Assembly (NCBI GenBank): GCA_027492205.1
Contig: JAOZFN010000006.1
Coordinates: 103,369-167,368, forward strand
Origin: Thermoproteota archaeon
GTDB lineage: Archaea; Korarchaeota; Korarchaeia; Korarchaeales; Korarchaeaceae
Reading direction: 5' to 3'
DNA length: 64,000 nt
Made by a program: the position numbers and the translations under genes. The notes below the pieces were generated by a model that was given only the letters and a program-made list of their open reading frames with translations, was not told the DNA's origin and made no database searches. Of this stretch, positions 9,812 through 18,759 are shown in pieces. Numbering within the stretch: the stretch's first letter is position 1; the number at the start of each line of letters is the position of its first letter.

Positions 9812-9849
9812 GCCGGCCTCCAACCCTTCTCCCTTTTTTGATAGTGAAT

Positions 9850-10272
9850 TCAGCTTTTTGTCGCCTGAACGCTCGTTGGGGGGTAGGATCCGAGCATTTC
9901 CTCTAGGAGGCTTATGATCTTCTCGGCCGAGCGAATGGCCGCCTCAGAGTCCAGCCTCGTACACGAACCCTCCTCTGGACCCGAGATCGGCCTCTCGAGC
10001 CTGGCATCGCAGGCCATGGTAATCCACACGGACTCCCCGCACGCCTCCTTAAGTATCCTCTGAAGGCTCTCCTTGTAGTCGGCGGGTATTCTGCTCAGGT
10101 GGTCGGACAGCGCTCCGGTGGGCTCGATGCCCAGGCTCTCCAAGAATCCCCTCAGCGCGACCTTAACAGACTCCTGGGACTTCCTTATGGACGAGGCGCA
10201 CTTGTCCTCTGAGTGGAGTTTCTTCGCCTCTTCTAGTATCTCCCTGGCCTCTTCTAACTTCACGCGGCTCAC
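9850..10272 (-). CDS. HEPN domain protein (degenerate, stand-alone)
   Basis: LEEA..L, SQE.V..AL..FL...G, and final A..AI..AEKII helix pattern. Confidence 0.55.
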   Translation of the reverse strand: MSRVKLEEAREILEEAKKLHSEDKCASSIRKSQESVKVALRGFLESLGIEPTGALSDHLSRIPADYKESLQRILKEACGESVWITMACDARLERPISGPEEGSCTRLDSEAAIRSAEKIISLLEEMLGSYPPTSVQATKS

Positions 10273-10336
10273 CCCGATGCGCCTGACGATAGTTTTCGTA
10301 ATAAGCTCTCCACCCACCCCCGCCACGGAGTTCAAT

Positions 10337-11386
10337 ATGCTCAAGTTCCCACCCGTCCCCCGGCGGCGCCCCCGGCCCTGTGGACTCACCATCCACCCAT
10401 CCCTGGGGTGCAACGTCGGGTGCGCCTACTGCTACCTGTGGGAAATGGGGCTGATCGTCCCGTCGCCTCAAGTGAATCCCCTCCCTCCCGGGCGACTCAT
10501 TCTCGAACTGAGAAGGAACCCGTACTTCGTAGAATCTCGAGGGGGGACCTTTTTGGCCCTTGGAAGTCTGGGGGAACCGTTCCTCACTCCCAAAATTGCC
10601 CAGAGGACGCTCGAATACCTGAGCGCGCTGAAGGCGCTGGGCAACCCCCTTCAAGTCTCGACAAAGCTGAAGCTCCCGCTGGACGACCGCCTGGCGGGCG
10701 TGAACGTCTTGGTGACCGTGGTCGCCTGGGAATCGTACAGGTCCTTGGAGCCGGCGGCTCCGCCCCCGTGGGACAGGCTGAACTCAGCGGCCGAGGCCGC
10801 CGAAGTCGGCGCCGTTCCCACGCTGTTCGTGAGGCCCATAATTCCCGGTGTCACCCTGAGCGAGCTGCCGGACGTCTTGGACTACGCCAGGAAGAGCGGC
10901 ATAGAGAGCGTAGTGTTTGGATCGCTCAGGGTGTCTCCCCAGATCCTTAAGAGGCTCAAAAAGGCCGGAGTCGACGTCTCAGAGATTGAGCGGCGTGTGA
11001 GGGCTCCCCTCCACGACGGAGAGCAGGTCTACGTCTCATCGGCCGACCTCAAGGCGTGCGCCATGGAGGAGGCCCGGAGGAGGGGGATGATCGCGCTGGG
11101 CTCAGCCTGCTGCGCCAGCGCCCTGGCTCATGGAGTACCGTGCTTCGATGCGAAGTGGCTCCACCACATGTGCACAGGCTGTCCCAACGACTGCCTCTCC
11201 AAGCTCCCCCGTGAGTCTGAGGTCCTGAGCCTGCTCGAGGAGTGGGGGCTGGAGGGCCGGGTTGAGGAGGACAGGGTGATACTCTCCCCGGACTCTTGGA
11301 GCAGGCTGAGGGGGCCGGACAGGCACAGGCTCGAGGTCCTCACGAGGAGAATGGTGGTGAGAGGTGGCGGGCCCGGCGGGACTTGA
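10337..11386 (+). CDS. Radical SAM protein (SplB/COG1533-like)
   Basis: GCNVGCAYCY, GS.GEPF, QVSTK, RPIIPG; Cys-rich C-terminal region; likely ATG start at 10337. Confidence 0.85.
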   Translation: MLKFPPVPRRRPRPCGLTIHPSLGCNVGCAYCYLWEMGLIVPSPQVNPLPPGRLILELRRNPYFVESRGGTFLALGSLGEPFLTPKIAQRTLEYLSALKALGNPLQVSTKLKLPLDDRLAGVNVLVTVVAWESYRSLEPAAPPPWDRLNSAAEAAEVGAVPTLFVRPIIPGVTLSELPDVLDYARKSGIESVVFGSLRVSPQILKRLKKAGVDVSEIERRVRAPLHDGEQVYVSSADLKACAMEEARRRGMIALGSACCASALAHGVPCFDAKWLHHMCTGCPNDCLSKLPRESEVLSLLEEWGLEGRVEEDRVILSPDSWSRLRGPDRHRLEVLTRRMVVRGGGPGGT

Positions 11387-11443
11387 ACCCGCGACCACCG
11401 GCTCCGAAGGCCGGCGCTCTGATCCTTGCTGAGCTACGGGCCC
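11365..11443 (-). tRNA. tRNA-Arg (anticodon UCG), CCA encoded, no intron
   Basis: Full cloverleaf: GGGCCCG acceptor, CCGGC-CTTCGGA-GCCGG anticodon arm, GGTTCAAGTCC T-arm, ends GCCA. Confidence 0.97.
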
Positions 11444-11468
11444 ACTTCATCAGGGGGGTGCCCAGTAT

Positions 11469-12719
11469 TTACCCTTCTCCCCCCTTGAGTAGGCGCCTTA
11501 TCCTACCCTTCGATGCGTATGCGGCGGCGCTTCCGAGGATGGCGGCCAATATCAGCAGGACCGGCCAGACCTCCCCCCTGGAGAGGAGGTTGCCGATGTA
11601 CCCGAACAGGGCGGCCCTCGGTATGAGGGCCACAAGGTTCGCGGCGAAGAAGTGGAGCGGGTTCATCCCGGTGAGCCCGGCCGCGTAGGAAATGAGGTCA
11701 ATCGGGCTGAAGGGGATGAGCCTCGCGATCACCACGGCCAGCGGACCCCACCTCCTGAACCACCGGTCCACTGAGTCCAGGACCTCGCCCCTGAAGGCCC
11801 TCTCCACGAAGGGCCTGCCCGCCAGCCTCGCGATGTAGAAGTTGGCCATCGCCCCGAGGGCGGACCCTACTCCGCCCACCACCCCGACCGTCCAGGCGTC
11901 CATGCCGAGGGCGCCGGCGGCCACGAGGATGGCGTCTGCCGGAATGGGAGAGATCACCGACTGCACGATCATGGCCAGGATGAGCCCCGTCGGGCCCCAC
12001 CTCCTCACCCACGACGCCACCCTCTGCGTGAGTTGGTCGTGGTACAGGCGCCTCTCGAGGAGGACCCTGACGCTCCCCGCGTTGGCCACTACGGTCGGAA
12101 TGGATATCGCTAACGACAGGGTGGTGGGCTTGACTCCCTCCAGGGCCCTCGAGGCGACCACGATCCCAACGGCCGAAACGGCGAGGGGGATCAGGGACTC
12201 CCACCCGACCCCGGACGCCAGCGCGACAGGAACCCCGGCGGCGGAGGAGACGACGAGCGCCTCCCTCAGCCGAACTCCCATCGCGGTCAGGGCGGCGACG
12301 CTGAGGCCGGAGCCGCCGAACCCCATCATGCTGAGCCCCTGGACGATGCCGGCCACCGCACCCTCTGCCATCCCTATTCCCCTGAACTCCGAGGTCTGGA
12401 GGAGGCCCAACCTCGTCATGAGGGCGCCGGCGGCAGCCATCACGCTAATGCCTAGTACGGCCACTCCCCCGAGTATCCAGTCGACCCTGAAGCCCAGCTT
12501 AATCCAGATGAGGGTAATGGTCACCGAGGTGGCGAGGGCCGAGGCCTCAGCGGGCATGAGATCTCTCGAGACGATGATCCTAGGGTCCGCCAGCAGCCCC
12601 GCGATGGCCTGAGATCTCTGCGACAGCTGAGCGGCCAGCGGCAGCCACTCCAGCGCCGCGTCCACTACGAGCCTCCACATTTCTCGACCGCCCTCTGCCG
12701 TTAACCTACTTAAGATCAT
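11469..12719 (-). CDS. Membrane protein: degenerate UppP/BacA-like N-terminal domain fused to a DedA/TVP38 domain
   Basis: N-terminal ALEWLP and GIVQG...GGSG.S..A...G....A echo BacA motifs; C-terminal QS..SPIP, GA..NF..AR..GR, ARLIP..P.D.ISY.AG is DedA/TVP38. Confidence 0.75.
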   Translation of the reverse strand: MILSRLTAEGGREMWRLVVDAALEWLPLAAQLSQRSQAIAGLLADPRIIVSRDLMPAEASALATSVTITLIWIKLGFRVDWILGGVAVLGISVMAAAGALMTRLGLLQTSEFRGIGMAEGAVAGIVQGLSMMGFGGSGLSVAALTAMGVRLREALVVSSAAGVPVALASGVGWESLIPLAVSAVGIVVASRALEGVKPTTLSLAISIPTVVANAGSVRVLLERRLYHDQLTQRVASWVRRWGPTGLILAMIVQSVISPIPADAILVAAGALGMDAWTVGVVGGVGSALGAMANFYIARLAGRPFVERAFRGEVLDSVDRWFRRWGPLAVVIARLIPFSPIDLISYAAGLTGMNPLHFFAANLVALIPRAALFGYIGNLLSRGEVWPVLLILAAILGSAAAYASKGRIRRLLKGGEG

Positions 12720-12742
12720 GCGCGCCGTCGCTCAGCGGGCAA

Positions 12743-13546
12743 ATGCCGCTGAAGTTCGGCGCCATGAACAACCCCGCGAGAGACGTGCTCGAAGAACTTC
12801 GGGCGCTCAGCGAGCTCAATCTCGACTACTTGGAACTCACGGTCGAGTGGCCTGGCGCGAGCCTCGAGAGGATCCGAGAGGTCGAGGGGGACATCCTGAG
12901 CCTCCTCTCCACGAGGGACATAGATGTGGTCGTGCACGCCCCCTGGTACCTAGAGATAGCGAGCCCCTACGAGGGGGTCAGAGAGGGGGCGATGAAGTAC
13001 GCGGAGGGACTACTCAACCTGGCCGCCGAGCTGAACGCGCCTTTCATGACGGTTCACCCCTACACCCCCGGCTGGCTCGCCAGGTACAGGGACGAGGCCA
13101 GGCGGCTCAACCTGGAGGCCATGAGGAGGCTGGTGGCCAGGGGAATGGAAGTCGGGGTCAGGGTCCACGTGGAAAACGTTGATCACGGCGCCTTCAGTTC
13201 TGTCTCAGACGTTCTCTACCTGCTAGGGGCCCTTCCGGAGATGGGATTTACCCTTGACTTGGGACACGCATTCTTGGGAGGGGTGGAGAAGGTCAGGTCT
13301 TACATCGAGAAGGCCAGAGGGAGGATACTCCATGTGCACGCCCACGACAACTACGGCAAGGGTGACGACCACATGCCCGTCGGTGCGGGAAGGGTCCCCT
13401 GGGAGAGGGTCTTGTCTCACCTCAGGAGCATAGGGTACGAGGGGACCGTTACCCTCGAGATCCACTGCAGCGACTTGGAGTACGTGGAGGTATCGAGGAG
13501 GAAGTTCATCGAGTACTGGGAGAGGGCCGGGGGGTCTGAAGGGTGA
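12743..13546 (+). CDS. Sugar-phosphate isomerase/endonuclease IV-like TIM-barrel protein
   Basis: VHAP, VHP, VEN, TLDLGH, HVHAHDN.G..D.H, TLE motifs. Confidence 0.85.
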   Translation: MPLKFGAMNNPARDVLEELRALSELNLDYLELTVEWPGASLERIREVEGDILSLLSTRDIDVVVHAPWYLEIASPYEGVREGAMKYAEGLLNLAAELNAPFMTVHPYTPGWLARYRDEARRLNLEAMRRLVARGMEVGVRVHVENVDHGAFSSVSDVLYLLGALPEMGFTLDLGHAFLGGVEKVRSYIEKARGRILHVHAHDNYGKGDDHMPVGAGRVPWERVLSHLRSIGYEGTVTLEIHCSDLEYVEVSRRKFIEYWERAGGSEG

Positions 13547-14385
13547 GGCTGGAGAGGGTGGCCTTCGTCGCCTCCAAGGTGGATCCTGCCGCAAACCTCA
13601 TGGCCGAGGAGCTCCTGAGCGAGACTGGTTCTGAGGAGTTCAGCGTGGGTTCCGTGAGGGCGTGGCTGTCCCGCCCGGAGGGTGAGGTTCTATACGCAAG
13701 GAGCGAGAGCGATCTGGGGGCCGACGGGGCCGATCTGATAGTCATACTGTCCAGGCACAGCGGGGTCCCCGGAAGCCCGGTCATCACGACGCACGTGTCC
13801 GGGAACTTCGGCCAGGCTCCCTACGGCGGGGAGCCGGAGGCCCTGTCGACGGCGTGCCCGCCCTTCATGAAGGCGTTCCTCCGCAGAGTCAACGACTCGG
13901 CCCTGGAGATCGGGTTTGAACCCGCGCAGGAGCCGACCCATCACGGCCCGACGCTCGAGACCCCTCTCGCGTTTGTCGAAGTGGGATCCAAGCCCGAGCA
14001 CTGGGAGATAAGGGAGGCGGCCAAGCTCGTCGTTCAGTCATCCCTGCAGGCTCTAACGGACTTGAGGAATTCTGAGGAGGCCGGCCCCACGTTCGGTTAC
14101 AAGCTGGCGGTCGGGTTCGGCGGCCCCCACATCAACCACTACTTCACGGAGATTCAGATCAAGTCCCCGGAGCTGGCCATCGGACACATCCTCAGGAGGC
14201 ACGACGCCTCCGCGGCGAGCGAAGAGGCGATCGCTCAAGCCTTCCGAAGGAGCTGCGGGCCCACCAACACGGCCATAGTCGACTGGAAGGGCCTCAGGGG
14301 AGAGGAGAGGGCGAGGATACTCGCCATTCTAGAGGACTTGGGCGTCAGGGTGCTGAGGGCGAGGAAGGTTGCCCACTCGCTTTGA
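13543..14385 (+). CDS. dtdA: D-aminoacyl-tRNA deacylase (archaeal DTD2)
   Basis: LSRHS, TTH.SGN, E.THHGPT, FVEVGS, GFGGPH, DWKG. Confidence 0.9.
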   Translation: MRLERVAFVASKVDPAANLMAEELLSETGSEEFSVGSVRAWLSRPEGEVLYARSESDLGADGADLIVILSRHSGVPGSPVITTHVSGNFGQAPYGGEPEALSTACPPFMKAFLRRVNDSALEIGFEPAQEPTHHGPTLETPLAFVEVGSKPEHWEIREAAKLVVQSSLQALTDLRNSEEAGPTFGYKLAVGFGGPHINHYFTEIQIKSPELAIGHILRRHDASAASEEAIAQAFRRSCGPTNTAIVDWKGLRGEERARILAILEDLGVRVLRARKVAHSL

Positions 14386-14782
14386 GGGGGGGCCGAAGAC
14401 CGGAGGTCGCCCGGTCGGCCGGCGAGCGAGGCCCAGATACAAGACGCTCTTTATGTTCGACAGGACCGTTCCGAGGGATCTCTACTATTCCATTCAGAGG
14501 AGGCTCAACTACCTGGGCTACGGCGCGGTTTGGGCGCCCAGATCCGCCGTCAGGGGGAGGAGGAGACCTGAGGATCTAGTGGACTACTGCTTGGCGAGGG
14601 GCATACTGGTCCTCGCGACATTCGACAGGAGGGCTAGCCTGCCAGAGAGGGCGCGTGGGAAGGTGGTGCTCCTGCGGCTGAAGGGCGGGAAGTCTCGGAC
14701 CGTGAACAAGATAGTGGCGGACATCTTTTCGGCCGTCCGGTGGCTCACAAGAACTTCCCCAAGCGAGAGGATAGACTGCTGA
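14369..14782 (+). CDS. Hypothetical protein, possible PIN/DUF5615-like fold (start uncertain)
   Basis: FD..VP...L..LGY, D.....G..VLATFD pattern. Confidence 0.4.
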   Translation: MPTRFEGGPKTGGRPVGRRARPRYKTLFMFDRTVPRDLYYSIQRRLNYLGYGAVWAPRSAVRGRRRPEDLVDYCLARGILVLATFDRRASLPERARGKVVLLRLKGGKSRTVNKIVADIFSAVRWLTRTSPSERIDC

Positions 14783-14855
14783 GTGAGCGGCGCCCAGTGC
14801 ACCGAACTTATATATTGTGCCCTCGGGGGGTCCGAGGAGGAGGGAAGGAGGGCCG

Positions 14856-15176
14856 GTGTTCGGCTCTAGGTCGTCTGCGGAAGAGGACTCGCAGGTAGAG
14901 GAGAAGGAGGTACGCATAGTTAGACTGGTTCTGGACATCGTGAAGCCGCACAATCCCACCATAATCGAACTGGCAGAGGCCCTCAATGAACTTCCTGGGG
15001 TCTCGAGGGTTGAGATAGATGTTCAGGACTACGACACCAACATAGAGAGGCTCAAGGTCATCTTGGACGGGGAGGACCTCGACTACGAGGAGATAAGCCG
15101 AGTGGTCAAGTACTACGGCGGGAACATAGCCAGCCTTGACGGCGTCACCTCGGTCTCTGAGGATGAGTCGGATTAG
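14856..15176 (+). CDS. DUF211 family protein
   Basis: IVRLVLDIVKPH.P.I.ELA, ILDGEDLDYEEI, GG.I.S.D. Confidence 0.85.
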   Translation: MFGSRSSAEEDSQVEEKEVRIVRLVLDIVKPHNPTIIELAEALNELPGVSRVEIDVQDYDTNIERLKVILDGEDLDYEEISRVVKYYGGNIASLDGVTSVSEDESD

Positions 15177-15233
15177 CCTCGGCCCTGGCGGGCGCGCCTC
15201 CTTATTAACCCGGACAGGCGGCGCCGCGTCGGA

Positions 15234-16622
15234 ATGGGCGGCCTCCGGAGGGTGTACATAGAGACCCACGGTTGCACCGCGAACAGGGCGGACTCCGACA
15301 TCATGGCGGCGCTGCTCGAGCGCGCCGGATTTCAGCTGGTGGAGTCCCCCCAGGCGGCAGACGTGATAATCCTCAACACCTGCAACGTGAAGAAGCCCAC
15401 CGAGGACAGGATGGCGCACCGGATCTCCCGGCTGGCGAGCACTGGTCGGCCGGTGGTAGCCGCCGGCTGCATGGCCCTCACCCAGCCGGGGAGGCTCAGA
15501 CCCCACGCGAAGGTCCTCCTCGGGCCCAAGTCCGTGCACAGGGTGGTAGACGCCGTTGAGATTGCCCTGCGCTGGGAGAGGGCCGAGTTCCTCGAGAGAG
15601 ATCCGCTCGACAAGGCGGGCTTGCCGAGGACTCGTGGTAGGGTTATCTCGGCTCCCCTGCCCATAGCGGAGGGCTGCCTGGGAGCCTGCACCTTCTGCAT
15701 CACCAGACTCGCCCGAGGAAGGCTGAAGAGCTTCCTTCCGGACGCGATCGTCGAGAGGGCCAGGGAACTACTCTCCGGAGGTGCGGTGGAGCTTCTGATA
15801 ACGGCTCAAGATACGGCTGCCTACGGCTGGGACACCGGCTGGACCTTGCCGGGGCTGCTCGAGAGGATCTTGAAGATCCCCGGCGAATACAGGTTGCGGG
15901 TGGGGATGGCCAACCCGAACACGCTCGCGAGGGTGATCGACGACCTCCTCGTCACCATGAGGGACCCGCGGGTGTATCGGTTCCTGCACGTTCCCGTGCA
16001 GAGCGGGAGCGATGACGTGCTGAGGAGGATGGCCAGGGGTTACAGAGCCGAGCTGTTCGAGAGGCTGGTTTCGAAGTTCCGGGCCGCCTTTCGCGACACC
16101 ACCCTGGCCACCGACGTAATCGTGGGCTTCCCCGGGGAGACCGAGGACGACTTCGAGATGACCGTTGGGCTGCTGGAGAGGACGAGGCCGGATGTCGTGA
16201 ACATAAGCAGATACGGACCCAGGCCTGGCACTCCGGCCTCGAGGTGGAAGTCCCCCGATCCTGCGACCGTCAAGCGGAGAAGCAGACTGATTTCCGAGCT
16301 CGTCAAAGAGATCAGCCGTAGGGGGAACGAGGCCTACGTTGGCGATGAACTCACGGTTCTCGCCCTGGAGCGTGGCCCCAAGGGGTACCAGGGCAGGACG
16401 GACTTCTACAGACCCGTTGCCCTGGTGGGGTCCGACGTGGAGCTCGGCAGCTTCTACGACGTGGTCATCGAGGAGGCCAGGCCCACCTACCTGGTGGGCA
16501 GGGTACTGGCCAAGAGGGAGGTGAAGCCGCTGGAGGTCACGTCAACAGTCACTCGGTCGGGAAGTAGTCGTAGATTGGCCACTGGGCGGGACGGAATCCC
16601 TCGGCGGCGCGCGGCTCCGTGA
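15234..16622 (+). CDS. tRNA t6A37 methylthiotransferase (archaeal e-MtaB type)
   Basis: ETHGC..N.ADS, NTC.V, GC, CLGACTFC, HVPVQSGS, IVGFPGET, C-terminal TRAM domain. Confidence 0.9.
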   Translation: MGGLRRVYIETHGCTANRADSDIMAALLERAGFQLVESPQAADVIILNTCNVKKPTEDRMAHRISRLASTGRPVVAAGCMALTQPGRLRPHAKVLLGPKSVHRVVDAVEIALRWERAEFLERDPLDKAGLPRTRGRVISAPLPIAEGCLGACTFCITRLARGRLKSFLPDAIVERARELLSGGAVELLITAQDTAAYGWDTGWTLPGLLERILKIPGEYRLRVGMANPNTLARVIDDLLVTMRDPRVYRFLHVPVQSGSDDVLRRMARGYRAELFERLVSKFRAAFRDTTLATDVIVGFPGETEDDFEMTVGLLERTRPDVVNISRYGPRPGTPASRWKSPDPATVKRRSRLISELVKEISRRGNEAYVGDELTVLALERGPKGYQGRTDFYRPVALVGSDVELGSFYDVVIEEARPTYLVGRVLAKREVKPLEVTSTVTRSGSSRRLATGRDGIPRRRAAP

Positions 16623-17643
16623 GCACCAATACGTAGAGGTTGCTGGAGTAGCCCGCCACGGAGTCCGCCAGGTTCGGTCTGCCCATCGCCTTGGCGACCT
16701 CTTCCGCGAGCCAGTAGATTGGGCTGTCCCTCGCGACTAGATAGTGGTTGAGCCCAACGGCGACCCTCTCGACCGCAAAGCCCATCTCCCCGAAGCTCCT
16801 GAATACCCGGCTGATGTGGGACCCGAGTTCGTCGGGCAGGATGCAGACGTATCCCCTGCGCCCCCTCTCTTTTACCAGCGCCTCCCAACCCCTCAGCGTG
16901 AATGTCTGGACCCCGGGGAGGGTGTACGTCGGATCTGCCACGAAGACGTCGTGTCTGTCTCGCAGATCCTCCGGGAGTGGCTTTGTCAGGTCGTGCTTCA
17001 CCACCCTGATGCTGAGCCCCTCTCGCCTCGCTATGTCCTCTATCCTCCGAATGACCCGCTCGTCGAGTTCGAACACGGTTACGCTGACGTCGAAGCTGGC
17101 AGCGAGCACCACGCTCTGGAAGTCGTCATCCCCCATCACCGCGACGCTCTTGCCGTCAAGGGGGACGTCAGACGCGATCTCCGCAATCCTCTCGAGGAGG
17201 CTCTCCTTCGACACTTGGAGCTGGTCGAACTCGTAGTTCACATCTATCTGGGGCACCAGTCCTAGGACGCCGGGGTCCGGAGAGGTCTTGCCGAATGGGT
17301 TGACCCTGAACTCGACCTCCCCGTTTGAACCGATTTCAACGAGGCCGACCTCTTCGAGCGACCTGGCCAGGTTGAGCGCCCTCTCCGGTATGAGAGGGAC
17401 CTCCTTAATGAGCCCTCTTAGGCTTCCAATCTGGTGGAGCCTGTACGCTAGAACCTCGTACTGAAAGAAGGACAGCCTGTGAACCAACTCCCACGAGAGT
17501 CGTCCCTCTTCCGGCGACTTCCTCCCGTACACCGTGCCCGCCGCCTTGACGGTGGACTCCATGTCGTAGCGGGAGAAGAGTTCGAAGGCCCTCCTCAGGG
17601 CCTCCCTGGGGGATCCCCCCCGGGGAGAGGCGGGATCACTCAT
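16549..17643 (-). CDS. bpsA: Branched-chain polyamine synthase BpsA family (DUF43)
   Basis: FDQ, VMGDDD..S, ELDER, HDL..PLP, F..DP.YT..G...F..RG. Confidence 0.8.
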   Translation of the reverse strand: MSDPASPRGGSPREALRRAFELFSRYDMESTVKAAGTVYGRKSPEEGRLSWELVHRLSFFQYEVLAYRLHQIGSLRGLIKEVPLIPERALNLARSLEEVGLVEIGSNGEVEFRVNPFGKTSPDPGVLGLVPQIDVNYEFDQLQVSKESLLERIAEIASDVPLDGKSVAVMGDDDFQSVVLAASFDVSVTVFELDERVIRRIEDIARREGLSIRVVKHDLTKPLPEDLRDRHDVFVADPTYTLPGVQTFTLRGWEALVKERGRRGYVCILPDELGSHISRVFRSFGEMGFAVERVAVGLNHYLVARDSPIYWLAEEVAKAMGRPNLADSVAGYSSNLYVLVLTEPRAAEGFRPAQWPIYDYFPTE

Positions 17644-18001
17644 TCTTCCTTACCCTTCCCGCGCTTATCTCGACTATGCTATCGGTCTCCGGCTTCAGCC
17701 TCTCCCTCAAGAACTCCAGGGCCCTCTTCGCCCAGTCAGACTCTCCCGGGGCGAAGTCGACTATGTTCACGGTCGCGTAATCGTGTTCTGGCCACGTGTG
17801 AAGGGCAACATATCCCCTCTCGGTGAGCAAGAGCGAACTGACGCCGTACGGCTCGAACTCATGTATGTGAAGGGCCTTCACTTCTGACCCCACCACCTCC
17901 GCGAGCTCCCTCAGCATGGCCTCCATCTTCCTAGGGGAGTCGAGTATCTCAGACTCCCCGACGTTGTAGAACTCGACAACCACGTGGTTCTCCAGGGACA
18001 T
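17636..18001 (-). CDS. SAM decarboxylase (SpeD/SpeH)-like protein lacking the pyruvoyl-forming ESH site
   Basis: H...EFY, HEFEPYGVS, HTWPE retained; ESH replaced by RGY; catalytic Cys absent. Confidence 0.8.
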   Translation of the reverse strand: MSLENHVVVEFYNVGESEILDSPRKMEAMLRELAEVVGSEVKALHIHEFEPYGVSSLLLTERGYVALHTWPEHDYATVNIVDFAPGESDWAKRALEFLRERLKPETDSIVEISAGRVRKNE

Positions 18002-18048
18002 CTCGCCTGATGAGGTGATCCGACCTAAAAAAGGCCGCTGGGCGGGGC

Positions 18049-18723
18049 TCAAAGCCCCTCTGAAGATCCAGGAGTGAGCTCCACCACCTCAGCATCCACC
18101 TTCCGGGCCCTGATCTCGTCCCTGAGCTTGTCGGGAGAGCCCCACAGGACGGGGAATGTCCCGTAGTGGATGGGCAGGACCTTCGGACTGCCCAGGAGTT
18201 CGAGGGCTTTCGCCGCCTCTCTGGGCCCCATGGTAAAGTGCCCGCCGATGGGAAGGATGGCGAGCTCAGGGGAGTAGAGTTCACCTATCAGGCTCATCCC
18301 CGGGAATATGCCGGTGTCTCCAGCGTGATAGACCGTGAACCCGTCGGGGAACTTCACGACGGCGCCGGTCGGCGCCCCCAAGGGGGAGCTGTGGAGCGCC
18401 TCGGTCAGGATGACCTCGACGTCCCCGACCTTGAAGGGCCCCCCGATGTTCGCCCCCACGGCGTCTGCCCCCTTCTCAGAGGCGTGGTTCGCCAGCTCAA
18501 ATATCCCCACGACCTTCCCTCCCCTCGTCTTCGAGAGCCTTATGGCGTCCTCGAGTCCGTGGTCGCCGTGCCCGTGGGTCACGACGTAGGCCAAGACGCC
18601 GTCGGGCTCCCCCATGCCCTTGGGGTAGGCCGGGTTCCCCTGTATCCAGGGGTCAAAGAGAACCCTAACGCCCCCGGACTCGATAAGCACGTTTGCGTGT
18701 CCCAGAAAGGTCACCCTCCCCAT
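18049..18723 (-). CDS. UPF0173 metal-dependent hydrolase (MBL fold)
   Basis: LGHA, THGHGDH, HSS, YHAGDTG, LPIGGHFTM, PIHYGTF. Confidence 0.92.
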   Translation of the reverse strand: MGRVTFLGHANVLIESGGVRVLFDPWIQGNPAYPKGMGEPDGVLAYVVTHGHGDHGLEDAIRLSKTRGGKVVGIFELANHASEKGADAVGANIGGPFKVGDVEVILTEALHSSPLGAPTGAVVKFPDGFTVYHAGDTGIFPGMSLIGELYSPELAILPIGGHFTMGPREAAKALELLGSPKVLPIHYGTFPVLWGSPDKLRDEIRARKVDAEVVELTPGSSEGL

Positions 18724-18759
18724 GGTCTCCACCTTGGAGTGTGGGACGGGCCTCAGATT

